Assembly: GCA_951406725.2 (NCBI GenBank)
Contig: OX597814.1
Span: forward strand, 83,266,001-83,330,000
DNA: 64,000 nucleotides
Source of the DNA: Octopus vulgaris
Taxonomy: Eukaryota
Reading direction: 5' to 3'
Below the pieces are notes generated by a model. It saw only the letters and a list, made by a program, of their open reading frames with translations, had not been told where the DNA came from and searched no databases. The translations under genes were made by a program, and so were the position numbers. Shown here in pieces: positions 26,314 to 38,400 of the stretch; within the stretch, counting starts at the first letter, position 1; every line of letters begins with the position of its first letter.

Positions 26314-28300
26314 GAAGACCTTTTTTCAGCTTCTGCCTACCAAATTCCCTCAAAAGGCTTTAGACATGCCCAGGGCTATAGTAGAAGACACTTGCTCGAG
26401 GTGCTGGACAGTGTAAACATTCAAACATCTTTACATTCTTCCCAGATCTGCTGCATTTCACTTGGAATTCTTGGTCCTCTGAAGTCATCTTAGTGTATTA
26501 TAAATCAACCTACCTATATTAGTTGTAAATTTGGGTGTGAAAAATTCAACTTGTACACTGGAAAATACAGTATTAGACATTAGAGAGAGAGGGGGAGATA
26601 GGGGTGCATATTGTTGAGACTGATGAATAACCTTTCTAAAAATTGAATAATAACCATACAATTCATAATGATAATAATGTCATATGAGATGCTGTCACAT
26701 ACAATAAATAGATGATTCACAACAGAGATAGAATGGTGGTGGCGGTGATGGAGAGGTGTTCTTTTAATATAATATTCTTTAGAATATAGTAAGATGAGAT
26801 TTAATTGGAGGTTGGAATGAGAACACTATTTTATCATTTGGGTGGAAAATTAATAATTCACATTTGGTTCTTTTTATCTGAATGTTCATAAATATACATA
26901 TACATGTATATCTATATATAAATGAATTTATATACTGTCAGCTGCTTTCCTGTCCTTCCTTAGCAAAAGAAAAAAAAGGAAATGAATTATTAATTTTCCA
27001 CTCATGATAAAATTCAACAATTTTTATGCATTCTTCATTAGTCTGATGAATAAAGCATTTGTTTGTGAAAGCAAAACAAAAAAACATTAAAATTAAAATG
27101 TATAAAATTGCATTATGTGGTTTGTTGCTCACTACTCTTTTTATTTCTCCTTCTCCAATATATATATATACATACACCACATATACACACACAGATATAT
27201 AATTTGTTTGCTTGTTGAAAGGCTCAGCAAAGAAAATCCAGTGAGCGATAAATATCATTTAGAGAATACAGGAGTTATACATGAGCTGCTTCAAGCTTCA
27301 TGCTCAGAAAGTACAGTAATTTGGCAGGTTTACATGTCATTCAGACTCAACAATTGAGCCTAAATGATTGCTGGATCATGCACCATACACAATACATGAC
27401 TACACTATTTGTCCATTACTACACTATCTGAACATTGTATTCAGTAAATGAGATTAATATATTATATATACACCAAAACATAATTACAAGCTAACACCTA
27501 CCTACTTAATCCTGTAACCACTAACTTCTCACAATCCAACACTAATAGGAAACTAAGACCTTGATCCAATTAGTTGTATAACATTATAATCCATAACCAT
27601 TTGATTGGAGAAACAATTTAAATTAGACTAGAGAAATAATTTAAATTAGACTTAGATTAATTCAAATTAGTTCCAGACCTGTATCTGATATGAATCTAGA
27701 AGTAGAATATGTTGAAGAACCATGTAAATATACAATCAAACAAACTGAAAAGAGAACATAAAAACAACTACATAAACACCATAATAACATCAAAAATTAT
27801 TTTACTAAACATAGACATCCCATAATCAGCTGTTGTATTGGAAATCATTATGGTTTTGATACCAAGCAGTACCATTTAATATGACAATATAAAACCACGT
27901 AATAAATTATATTTAAATGCTGTTTGGGAATTACTAGACATAATGACAAAAACAGACATGCAGCTTTGATAAAGCTGAATACTCATAATGCATATGATAA
28001 TAATGCCCTCCCAAACCAACAATTACATAAAAAGTAATTATAAATAACCAACCAGAAACAGTAAAAACAAATGATTGGATCCTAAAACGCACAACTGAAA
28101 TTAACATAAAAGGAATAACCAGGCATTAAACTAGTGCTTATTAATGACTATTAAATGGAATAAAAATAAGCAAGAAGCAGTCTTAATATTAATGTTAATT
28201 AAACAATAAATTAATGGAAAAAAAATATTACAATTAGTATACAGAAAATTCCACACACACACACATATTGCCCAGTGTTATGACCTACACCCATGTTGTA

Positions 28301-28361
<61 letters not shown>

Positions 28362-28367
<6 letters not shown>

Positions 28368-28538
28368 CATATCACATTGAAAACAACGGTTCTTGTTCGA
28401 TCATCGAAGTTAAGCATCATTGAGCCTCGTTAGTACTTAGACGGGTGACAGCTTGGGAAGCCTACATGCTGTAAACATATTTCAATCCTTTCAAGGTGGT
28501 GCTCTAGCATGACCACAGTCCAATGACTGAAACTAGTA

Positions 28539-28545
<7 letters not shown>
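28362..28545 (+). pseudogene. 5S rRNA retropseudogene / SINE3-like element (5S head 28362-28477 + SINE/LINE-type tail)
   Basis: TATGGCCATATCACATTGAAAACAACGGTTCTTGTTCGATCATCGAAGTTAAGCATCATTGAGCCTCGTTAGTACTTAGACGGGTGACAGCTTGGGAAG..TGCTGTA aligns to mollusc-type 5S with many substitutions; no T-run terminator; flanked by (TA)n. Confidence 0.88.
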
Positions 28546-28594
<49 letters not shown>

Positions 28595-28749
28595 ATGGAG
28601 AGGAATTGTACAAAATGTATAAATAGATGATGACTAAAGCACTCGCACAGTTTCAATTACCTGTTGTTATCCTCAGTGAAGACAATAACAACATTGCACA
28701 TCTATATCTATATCTATCTATATCTATATATTTATATATATATATATAT

Positions 28750-29045
28750 AATAATAAATATTAGGGAATAAATCCAAATTTACAGGGAAAAATCAGATTT
28801 AGGATTGAATCCAATTTTATAGTAAAATATAATATAATATTAATTAGAGACAAAACCACTATTATGCAAATCAAACAAAGAAAGACTCAATCCAATACAT
28901 AAAAAATTTTATATAAATTTAATATAATTAAGATATCCACTACGATCGTTTCTTGTCACTTCTATGGACATTCATCAGGTGGTTTCAAGACCTTCTATGC
29001 AATTTTGAACTATAATTAATATTATATTATATTTTACTATAAATA
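28750..29045 (-). mobile_element. ~295-bp non-coding hammerhead-bearing element anchored in (TA)n
   Basis: Contains the hammerhead below; internal inverted repeat 28816-28845 / 29014-29043; a related end recurs at 38715-38790. Confidence 0.65.
28937..28982 (-). ncRNA. Minimal type I hammerhead ribozyme
   Basis: Minus strand ccac-CTGATGA-a-tgtc-catagaagt-gaca-a-GAAAC-gatc-GTA-gtgg: full core, stems I and II, palindromic stem III ACGATCGT, GUA cleavage triplet. Confidence 0.85.
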
Positions 29046-29411
29046 TATGTATGTACTCAGTTCTCGAGTTCAGGTGGAATGTACATACCACACACAATGC
29101 ACTCCGGCGTTGCGTGGGTCATTGATAACAATAACACCATGACCAACTGGTATTGCAGTACATGTCTCTGATAAGGAAAAATTGATTTGAAATCGTACCA
29201 ATCAGTGAACACGGTGTGTGTCCTGACTAATGAAGGGACATGCACCATGGACAGACTCATGTGTATGTGACCTTAATTTGCCCTCACATAGATGTGCAAT
29301 GTTGTTGTCTTGTTTTCCTTTGCACCACCTGCGTTATAGTACATGCTCAACCACTGTGAAAAATAAGGAGATTGTACAAAATCCTTTCAAACTTTGAGGG
29401 TTATGGAATGA

Positions 29412-30902
29412 ATAATAGGCATGAATATATACTAATAATGGTAAGCAACTTTGCATAAACTGGATTGAATAAAGAGAAAAATGTTAAAGGCAAAAAAGCT
29501 TGAACGGTTTGAGTCATTTCTTCACGTCTTTACCACACTTCAACGAATTATAGGCTCTTACTGTCCTTAATCCTTAGGGAAATTTATTGAATTTAAACCC
29601 GAGAAGGATCCTTTGGTATTCCTGAGTCATTTGCTACCAAGAAAATCTGCATAGACAAATTGTTTTCTGTAGTAGTGCCAGAAGCAATCACAATACTTCA
29701 GACATTATTTAATCAAGAAATACTGAAGACATTCACATTGGCAGTTTAGTTGTGGCACAAAGGCCATTATTGACAGAAAATGTGCCAATAATTGTTCCAA
29801 AAAGCATGTTTTTTGGTCATTTTGCATTGACAAATAGGGTTTTTGTGCATCACAAATGCACTCATAACACTCCTTGTACACTGCTGCATATTTTGACAGC
29901 AAAAACATTAAAATTGGCTATGTAGATTGGAAGCAAATCAAAATATTGCCCCAAAAGACCTCAGAATTGTGCTGCCAAACCTCATTTTCAAGGGGGGTTT
30001 TTTTGTAGTAAAAAAGAGTTGTTGTGCAAAGAACATACTTCATTTAGTAGCCAAAAGATTACTGAATCTTTTGATACCTCATACGTCAAAATTGATTAGT
30101 CAGTTTTTGAATCCACAAGGAACATACACACCACACACAGACACACACACATTCACAAACTCTATCATACATATAGATAATAGGTATGAATATATACTAG
30201 TAACGATAAGCAACTTTGTATAAATTGAGTTGAATAAAGAGAAAAATGTTAAAGGCAAACGCTTGAACGAATATAAGCTCTTACTGTGCTTAATCCTTAA
30301 AGAAAATTTTGTTGGATTTAAACCCAAGAATACTCTTTTGGCATTACTGAGTCATTTTCTACCAAGAAAATCTACATAGACGAATTGTTTTCAGTAGTTA
30401 TGCCAGAACACAGTTCATTAATAAATTTTCTGTTGAAAAATAGGGCTTTGTGCAAAGAAATGGTATCACAATACTTCAAAGACATTGTTTAATCATGGCA
30501 TACCGAAGACATTCACATTGGCAGTTTAGTTGTGGCACAAAGGCCATTATTGGTAAAAAATGTGCTGGTAAGTGTTCCAAAAGCATGTATTTTAGTCATT
30601 CATAACACTCCTTGTACATTGCTGCATATTATGATGCCAAAAACATTAAAATTGGCAATGCAGATTGGAAGCAACTCCAAATATTGCCCAAAAATTACCT
30701 CAAAATTGTGACCTGACCTTGTTTTCAAGGTTATTTTTGTAGTAAAAAAGAGTTGTCATGCAAAAAACATACTTCATTTGGTAGCTGAAAGATTACTGAA
30801 TCTCATAATATCACATACATCAAAATCAGCAATTCAGTTTCTGAATCCATAAGGAACATATGTACCACACACAGACACACACACACAAACTTTGTTTTAT
30901 AT

Positions 30903-30905
<3 letters not shown>
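29412..30905. repeat. Two diverged tandem copies of a ~765-bp unit, possibly non-autonomous Helitron-like
   Basis: ATAATAGG(C/T)ATGAATATATACTA.TAA.G.TAAGCAACTTTG at 29412 and 30177; both end in (CA)-rich + TATAT. Confidence 0.8.
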
Positions 30906-30954
<49 letters not shown>

Positions 30955-31030
30955 CACTGCTTTATTTTGAGATTGCTAGTGTTAACTATACTTATAAATA
31001 CAGACTGGAGTTGTTGTGCTCCAAGTGAGC

Positions 31031-31575
31031 TATATTCCGCTTAATAATTTCATTGGAGGCAATGCAAGCAGAAACTAGAGGAACATAATTAATAACCACA
31101 CTCAAAATCAAATATATACATATATTCTTCTACATTTATAAAACGGATATAAAAAATACAAATATATAAATATACAAATACATATAAATAGATAAATATC
31201 GATGTGATATATAAAACACAGTGAATTTTAGATTTAGAAGTTACAATACATTGGTGTCATAAAAATTGAGCTGATAAAACATTAAAAGGACGTACTAAAA
31301 TACCATGAAAATAATAGAAACATTTTAAAATTCCATCTACGGCTCGTGGATGGAATTTTTATTTTTGTATTATTTTCGTGGTGCTTTAGTATGTTCTTTT
31401 AATGTTTTATCAGCTCAAATTTTTATTACACCAATGTATTATAACTTTTAAATCTAAAATTCACTGTGTTTTATATAAATGTAGAAGAATATATGTATAT
31501 ATTTGATTTTGAGTGTGGTTATTCATTATGTTCCTCTAGTTTCCGCTTGCATTGCTTCCATTGAGGTTATTAAGT

Positions 31576-31583
<8 letters not shown>
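31031..31583. repeat. ~550-bp foldback (near-perfect palindrome) between two (TA)n tracts
   Basis: Arms 31031-31340 and 31346-31583 are reverse complements except ~70 bp (31141-31210) absent on the right; centre AAAATTCCATCTAC-GGCTC-GTGGATGGAATTTT. Confidence 0.92.
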
Positions 31584-31622
<39 letters not shown>

Positions 31623-32204
31623 ATATAGTTGAATAAAATTTAGGTAAAAACCTTGTACTCTATACAAAGTTCATCCTCTGTTATTGGCTACCAAATGTCA
31701 TTGTACAGTGGGACTTATTCATCACTTTGTACAACATACATGCATGGTGGTGGTTGTTTTGGACTCCTTATGCAGAGAAGGACCATCTCTTGTATTTACA
31801 CCTTAGATCTATCATGGCAGCTGATGTGGCTATTTAAACTAGACGATGATTTGAAAAGACACCCACATAGATTGCATGTCTTGATTTGGACCACCAAGAA
31901 CTACAGTTAAGTTCTGATCTTTGTGGATCTTAGAATGTCTCTTGAGGCCTCTGTTAGATTTGCAGACCTTATGGCATATACAGCATGCATGCATTCATCA
32001 ATCAATCAAACAATGGATCACAGATCTGAAAAAGAAGCACACTCTAAAAGTTAGAGCAATAATGCATTTATATGCAGTTAAGTATATGTCCGGTCATAGA
32101 GTGACTAATGGTTCCACATTCATAAAGCTATGACCAGACATATATTTAACTTCATGTAAACACACACACACACACATACACACATTCACACACACACATT
32201 ATAT

Positions 32205-33080
32205 ACAGTGGTGGATCTCCTTTGTTTGACACAGATTCAGTTGCTTGATCAACTGAAGAACCTGCACCCAAATTAACATGTAAATAGCTGAGCATTCCAA
32301 GACAGATGTAGCCTTAATGTAAGTCTTCGGCAGAATCAGTATGATACTGTGTGTGACAAGGTTTTCACCTTTTGAAATTACAGATACAATCCACTTGATG
32401 GCCTTCCATACAGTTTCACTTAAAAGATATATAGAAAATGGCATTTGCTTGAGGTGCCTCTCATTGCTGACTTTATTCATCTGGTACACACTAATTGGTC
32501 AACATTCATGTTGTTTTTGTGGTTCAAGGCTCATTCCATCACTAACCATTTCATAGCATAGACCAGGTGCATTTCATCATTCCACCAACACTGGAAATGT
32601 TCTCTTTGGAAAGACAAAAATGTCCATTCAGCTTTCTATCAGTTATATTTGAAGTTACTATGCTTCCAGACAGATTACCTGTAATGTGGCTTGCAGAGTC
32701 AACAACTTCATTCTTTCACTTTTATTTGAATTTTATAATTGTTTGCTCTTCCTATTACCTATCATGCTACAATGTGGAAAAGATACACTTTATTGCACCA
32801 TCAGTGCTAGAGAGATTGTCTGCAACAGATGTAAAGAGTTTTGTACACCATATCAATTCTTATTCAGAATTACTGTCCTCTTAGAAAAATTGCTTTTAAT
32901 GTAGCTTGAGGAGTTCATGTCTCCTTTATATCTTATAATACTGACACAAATGAATCCCCTAATTGTGACATAAGATCTCTTGGTAAAGTAGTCAACATTG
33001 TTTCAAATCCTGATGGCTCTAAATTTGTTGCACAGGCCAACCAGCATGCATTCTCTCTGTGATGGCTCATAATACTGAAT
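32205..33080 (-). mobile_element. Highly decayed DNA transposon remnant, possibly hAT (Buster/Charlie-like)
   Basis: Weak peptide echoes (LKQMPFS..TV, NAQLFTC); its right end is shared with 13965-14183. Confidence 0.3.
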
Positions 33081-33540
33081 TAGTTAAGTGTGAACCAATG
33101 AGAGAGTTTCTAGGAAATTTGTTAATCTGCTAGAAATAACAGCTTAATCTAATTCAAAGAACACTTTGCCATATTAAATAAGCTTATGATGCAGTGAATA
33201 ATATGCCCTACATCATTATCATCATCATCATTGTTTAATGTCCACCTTCCATGTTGGCATGAGTTGGACGGTTTGACAGGAGTTGACCAGATAGAAAACT
33301 GCACCAGGTTACTGTATCTGTTTTGGCATGATTTTTACAGCCAGATACCCTACCTATTATCAACAACCCCACAGTGTGGATTGAGTGCTTTTTACATGGC
33401 ACCAGCACTAGCGAGGTCAGTTTTGGCATGGTTTTTACAACTAGATGCCCTTCCAAACGCCAACCACTTCACAGTGTGGAGTGAATACATTTTATGTAGC
33501 ACCATCAGGTTCACCAAGTATCCTCTCAGCTGGGTTGCCT

Positions 33541-33762
33541 TGAACCCTTTAGCATTTAAACCAGTCATATCAAGCCCAAATATTCTTCCTGTTTTAATCG
33601 AAACTGGCTACTTTCAGTCTCTCACATCTATAATGTCATTCTAAAGATAAACAATCACATCATTGAAATCTCAAAGCTATGAGACAATGCAAGTTTAATT
33701 CAAAATAGTGTGAATATAGAAACATTACATTTGACAGAGTAATCTGAATGCTAAAGGGTTAA
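33541..33762 (+). mobile_element. piggyBac-type MITE
   Basis: AACCCTTTAGCATTTAAAC...AATGCTAAAGGGTTAA. Confidence 0.85.
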
Positions 33763-34494
33763 TCATAGAATTGCTCAATCAGGACTGACCTGGAACTAAA
33801 CAACAATGAAAACCATATAAGATCAACAATTTGTCATTAGTAACATTGTCAATAAGATAACAGATGGGAATCATAGAAGCAATCTCTCACTCTCAACAGA
33901 TTTGTTGTAAATAGAAGTAATCTCTCACTCTCAAGAGACATGTTGTAAGATGTGTTGCATGCTACATGAGAGTCTCAATAGTAATACACTCCCAACATTC
34001 TCTAACACCCATTGTAAAATGTATAGCCCATGTGATTAAGAAATTTGCATCACATCTACCTGATTTCAGATTCAGTCCCATTTCGTGACACTTGGGCAAG
34101 TGACTCCTCAAGTAAACCAATACCTTGTAAGTGAAAACTATGTAGGGTCTCATTTATAATGCATCAACTATGCTCCTCAGGCAGTAACTTATCTCAGTTT
34201 TCATCATAGATTTAATGTTGAACACTAATTACCTCTACCCATGAAATTAAAAAGTGATTGAAAAAATAGAAATAACTTCAGTGCTGGAAGAAAAAGGTCA
34301 TGTATATGATGCAAGAACATTATTTATTTATTTTTGTCAGTTTTAGAAAAACTCGAAATGAATCTCATTAACCAGTTATGGCTGTCTTTTAAACTACATA
34401 GTGTCGCAATTTATACTAATGATTATCTTATCATCTTTTTCTATTCCTTTTCATGTGTGTGTATGTGTGTACATACACACACACATAAGCATAA

Positions 34495-34662
34495 GCATGG
34501 CTGTGTAGTGAGAAGTTTGCTTCTCAACCACATGGTTTCAGGTTCAGTCCCACTTTGCAGTATTTTGAACAAGTGTCTGCTACTATAGCTTCAGGCTAAC
34601 AAAATATCTTGTGAGTGGATTTGGTTGTCAGAAACTGAAAGAAGCCCACCATGTGTGTGTGA

Positions 34663-34680
<18 letters not shown>
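34495..34680 (+). mobile_element. tRNA-derived SINE family B (CORE-like)
   Basis: GCATGGCTGTGT..AAGTTTGCTT..CAACCACATGGTTTCAGGTTCAGTCCCACT..CAAGTGTCT..TACTATAGC..TTGTGAGTGGATTTGG; other copies at ~14600(-), 38880(-), 45885(+), 57690(-), 61990(+). Confidence 0.75.
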
Positions 34681-34704
<24 letters not shown>

Positions 34705-34959
34705 TCTTTTTTTTTTTTCAGTCATTTGACTATGGCCATGCTGGAGCAACACCTGGAGTTTTAGTCAAACAAAGCGACCCCCCAGGACTTATTATTTTTT
34801 TTAGCTTGTTACTTATTCTACCAGGCTCTTTTGCCAAACTGCTATGTTTCAGGGATGTAAATATACCAACATCGGTTGTCAAGTGATGGTTGGGGGATAA
34901 ACACAGACACAAAGACACATACACATAAACATACATATATATATATATTTACCCAGTCC

Positions 34960-35370
34960 ACTTCTGCATATCTTTCCTCCTTGGGACACAAAACTCTGCT
35001 TGTGAAGACCTATTGAGGCAATTGAAATCGATCAAAAATCAATGGAAATTGTAGTTGTGATACCAGTGCTGGTGGCACGTAAAAAGATCCATCCGAACAT
35101 GGCCGTTGCCAGCGCCACCTCGACTGGCCTCCATGCCGGTGGCACATAAAAAGCACCAACTGATCGTGGCTGTTGCCAGCCTTGCCTGGCATGTAAAAAA
35201 CACCCACTACACTCAGGGAGTTGTTGGTGTTAGAAAGGGCATCCAGCTGTAGAAACACTGCCAGATCAGACTGGTGCCTGGTGCAGCCTCCTGGCTTCCC
35301 AGACCCGGGTTGAACCGTCCAACCCATGTTAGCATGGAAAACGGATGTTAAATGATGATGATGATGATAT
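34960..35370 (+). mobile_element. RTE LINE 3'UTR fragment with (GAT)n tail
   Basis: Reverse complement of 35500-35977 and 5268-5800. Confidence 0.88.
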
Positions 35371-35499
35371 ATATATTGGCCTGCTCGCTTAGCCAGTGGG
35401 GTGGCATTATTTGAAGGTTAAAACAATGCGAATGCATTGTGACCAGTGATGTGTAGCAACATCTGATGGTCTGGTCGGTCACGTGATCATGTGATATAT

Positions 35500-38400
35500 A
35501 TCATCATCATCATCATCATCGTTTAACGTCCGCTTTCCATGCTAGCATGGGTTGGACGGTTCAACTGGGGTCTGGGAAGCCCGAAGGCTGCACCAGGCCA
35601 GTCAGATGTGGCAGTGTTTCTACAGCTGGATGCCCTTCCTAACGCCAACCACTCCGAGAGTGTAGTGGGTGATTTTATGTGCCACCGACACAGGTGCCAG
35701 ACGAGGCTGGCAGACGGCCACGCTCGGATGGTGTTTTTTATGTGCCACCGACACAGGTGCCAGACGAGGCTGGCAGACGGCCACGCTCGGATGGTGTTTT
35801 CTTATGTGTCACCGACACAGGTGCCAGACGAGGCTGGCGGACGGCCACACTCGGATGGTGTTTGTTACGTGCCCTCAGCACGGAGGCCAGTCATTGCGGT
35901 ACTGGCTACGGTCACGTTCGGATGGTTTTCTTATGTGCCACCGGCACTGGTACCACAAGGATACAAATTCCATTGATCGAGTAAGTACACTGACATTACA
36001 CATCCATCGGAGCATACTGGCTTCGTTCCTCACGAGCTTATGCATGTCCTCAGCAGTCACGGCCCATGTTTCACTGCCATGTAGCATAGCTGTTCGTACA
36101 CATGCATCATACAGTCTGCCTTTTACTCTGAGCGAGAGGCCTTTAGTCACCAGCAGAGGTAAGAGCTCCCTAAACTTTGCCCAGGCTATTCTTATTCTAG
36201 CAGTTACACTTTCAGCGCACCCACCCCCACTACTGACTTGGTCACCTAGATAGCGGAAGCTATCAACTACTTCTAGTTTTTCCCCCCGGAAAGTGACAGA
36301 AGTTGTTTTCTGCAGATTTTCGGAGGTCAATGCTCCAGAGCACCTGCCACATACAAAAACTATCTTCCCAGTTAGCCTACCTTTGACATTGCTGCACCTC
36401 TTATGTGTCCATAGCTTACACTGGGTACATCTTATAGAGTTTCTACCTACACCTTTTCTACAGATCGAGCAGGGCCATCTTCCTGAGGATATTTGTGGGT
36501 TTTCTACCTTTCTACTTATTAGTACTTTGGTTTTAGCTAGGTTGACTCTAAGGCCCCTCGATTCTAAACCCTCCTTCCACACCTGGAACTTCTCCTCCAG
36601 TTCTGATAGTGACTCAGCGATTAGAGCGAGGTCGTCAGCATAGAGGAGCTCCCAGGGGCAACCTGTCTTGAATTCCTCCGTTATTGCCTGGAGGACTATG
36701 ATAAATAGGAGGGGGCTGAGTACTGAACCCTGGTGGACCCCAACCTCTACTTTGAATTCTTCTGTGTACATGTTGCCAACTCTAACCTTACTTACGGCAT
36801 CTCTGTACATGGCTTGCACAGCCCTCACCAGCCATTCATCTATCCCTAGTTTCCTCATTGACCACCAGATGAGGGATCGGGGGACCCTATCAAAGGCTTT
36901 CTCCATGTCAACGAAAGCCAGGTACAGGGGCTTATCCTTGGCTAGGTATTTCTCCTGCAGCTGCCTTACCAGGAATATAGCATCAGTGGTGCTTTTCCCT
37001 GGGACAAACCCAAACTGCATCTCATCTAAACTAACTCTCTCTCTAATTAGTTGGGCTATGACCCTCTCCGTAACCTTCATTACCTGATCCAACAGCTTAA
37101 TACCTCTGTAATTATTTGTATCCAGGGCATCACCTTTACCTTTGTAGCAGTTGACTAGTATGCTGCTACACCAGTCATTGGGTATGACTCCTTCGTGTAT
37201 CACCTGGTTGACTATACGGGTGACTAGGTTATAGCCGACACTGCCAGATATTTTGAGCATCTCTGCAGTAATTCCTGATGGGCCTGGGGCTTTCCCTGTC
37301 TTCATGCTTCTAATTGCCTTAGCTACCACGGAACTATCAACTCGGATAGCTGGTCCCTCTGTTGGGTCAACATTTGGCAGACTCTCTTTATCCCATTCAT
37401 TTTCTTTATTCAGCAAACTTTCATAGTGGCATCTCCAAACCTCTCTCTTTGCATCCTCATTTAGCGCAAGTGAACCATCATCCATGCAAACACACTTCTC
37501 TCCTACCACATCACGATTCTCTCTCACACACTGTCTTGCAACACGAAATACCTCAAGTCTTTCATCCTCACGGCTCAGAACATTGGCAAATTTTTTCTTA
37601 TCCGCTTCCCCTCTGGCTAAATAAACCTGTCTCCTAGCTTCCCTTTTGGCTGTCTGATACAATTCCCTGCTACCACCGTTCTTCCAGTCCTTCCAAGCCT
37701 GTCTCTTTTGTCTAATAGCCCCGTCAACCACCGTGTTCCACCACCATGTAACTCTGGGTCGAGATGGTACTTTGCTCCATCCACAGATCTGGTCAGTGGC
37801 TGTCAGCAGATTGTCCCGTAGGAATCTCCAGTTGTCTTCCACATTAAGTGGAGCTATATCCCCTTCTATTTCGTCAAAGGCTTCGAGTAGTATGTCTCTA
37901 AATCTCTGTCCATTTGCAGGATCTTTAAGCTTCCAGACCCTTCTCCTCCAAGCTGGTCTTCTTCTGGGCAACCATTTAGCTCTGATCCTGAAGTCGCTAA
38001 CTACTAATCTATGTTGGGGAGTACATTCTTCGCCTGGGAAGGTTTTGGCATTTATAATCAGCCCTCTTTCCCTTTTTCTGGCAAGGATGTAGTCAATCTG
38101 GCTGGTGTGTCTGCCAGAACGGTAGGTGACTAGGTGAGAGGTGGGTTTCCTGAAGTGGGTATTGCAGACCATAAGGTCATTTGCATCGCAGAACTCCAGC
38201 AGCCTGGTTCCCTCCTCATTTCGAGAGCCAAAACCGTGGCCTCCATGGATGCCATGGAAGCCCCTGACATGTCGTCCAACATGTCCATTGAAATCACCTG
38301 CCACGAAGAGAAGGTCACTGTCATTTGTCAATGAGGTAGTCCGCAATAGGGTGTCATAGAATTGGTCTTTTTGTCCTTCCGGTAGCCCTGGTTGAGGGGC

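Noticed and set aside
28362-28477. Functional 5S rRNA gene
   Set aside because: Missing first bases, many substitutions including CpG decay, no oligo-T terminator, solitary, and fused to a SINE tail
28636-28682. Hammerhead on minus strand (CTGAGGA-taacaacaggtaatt-GAAAC)
   Set aside because: Core spacing is right but stems I-III and the UH triplet cannot be formed; at best a decayed relic
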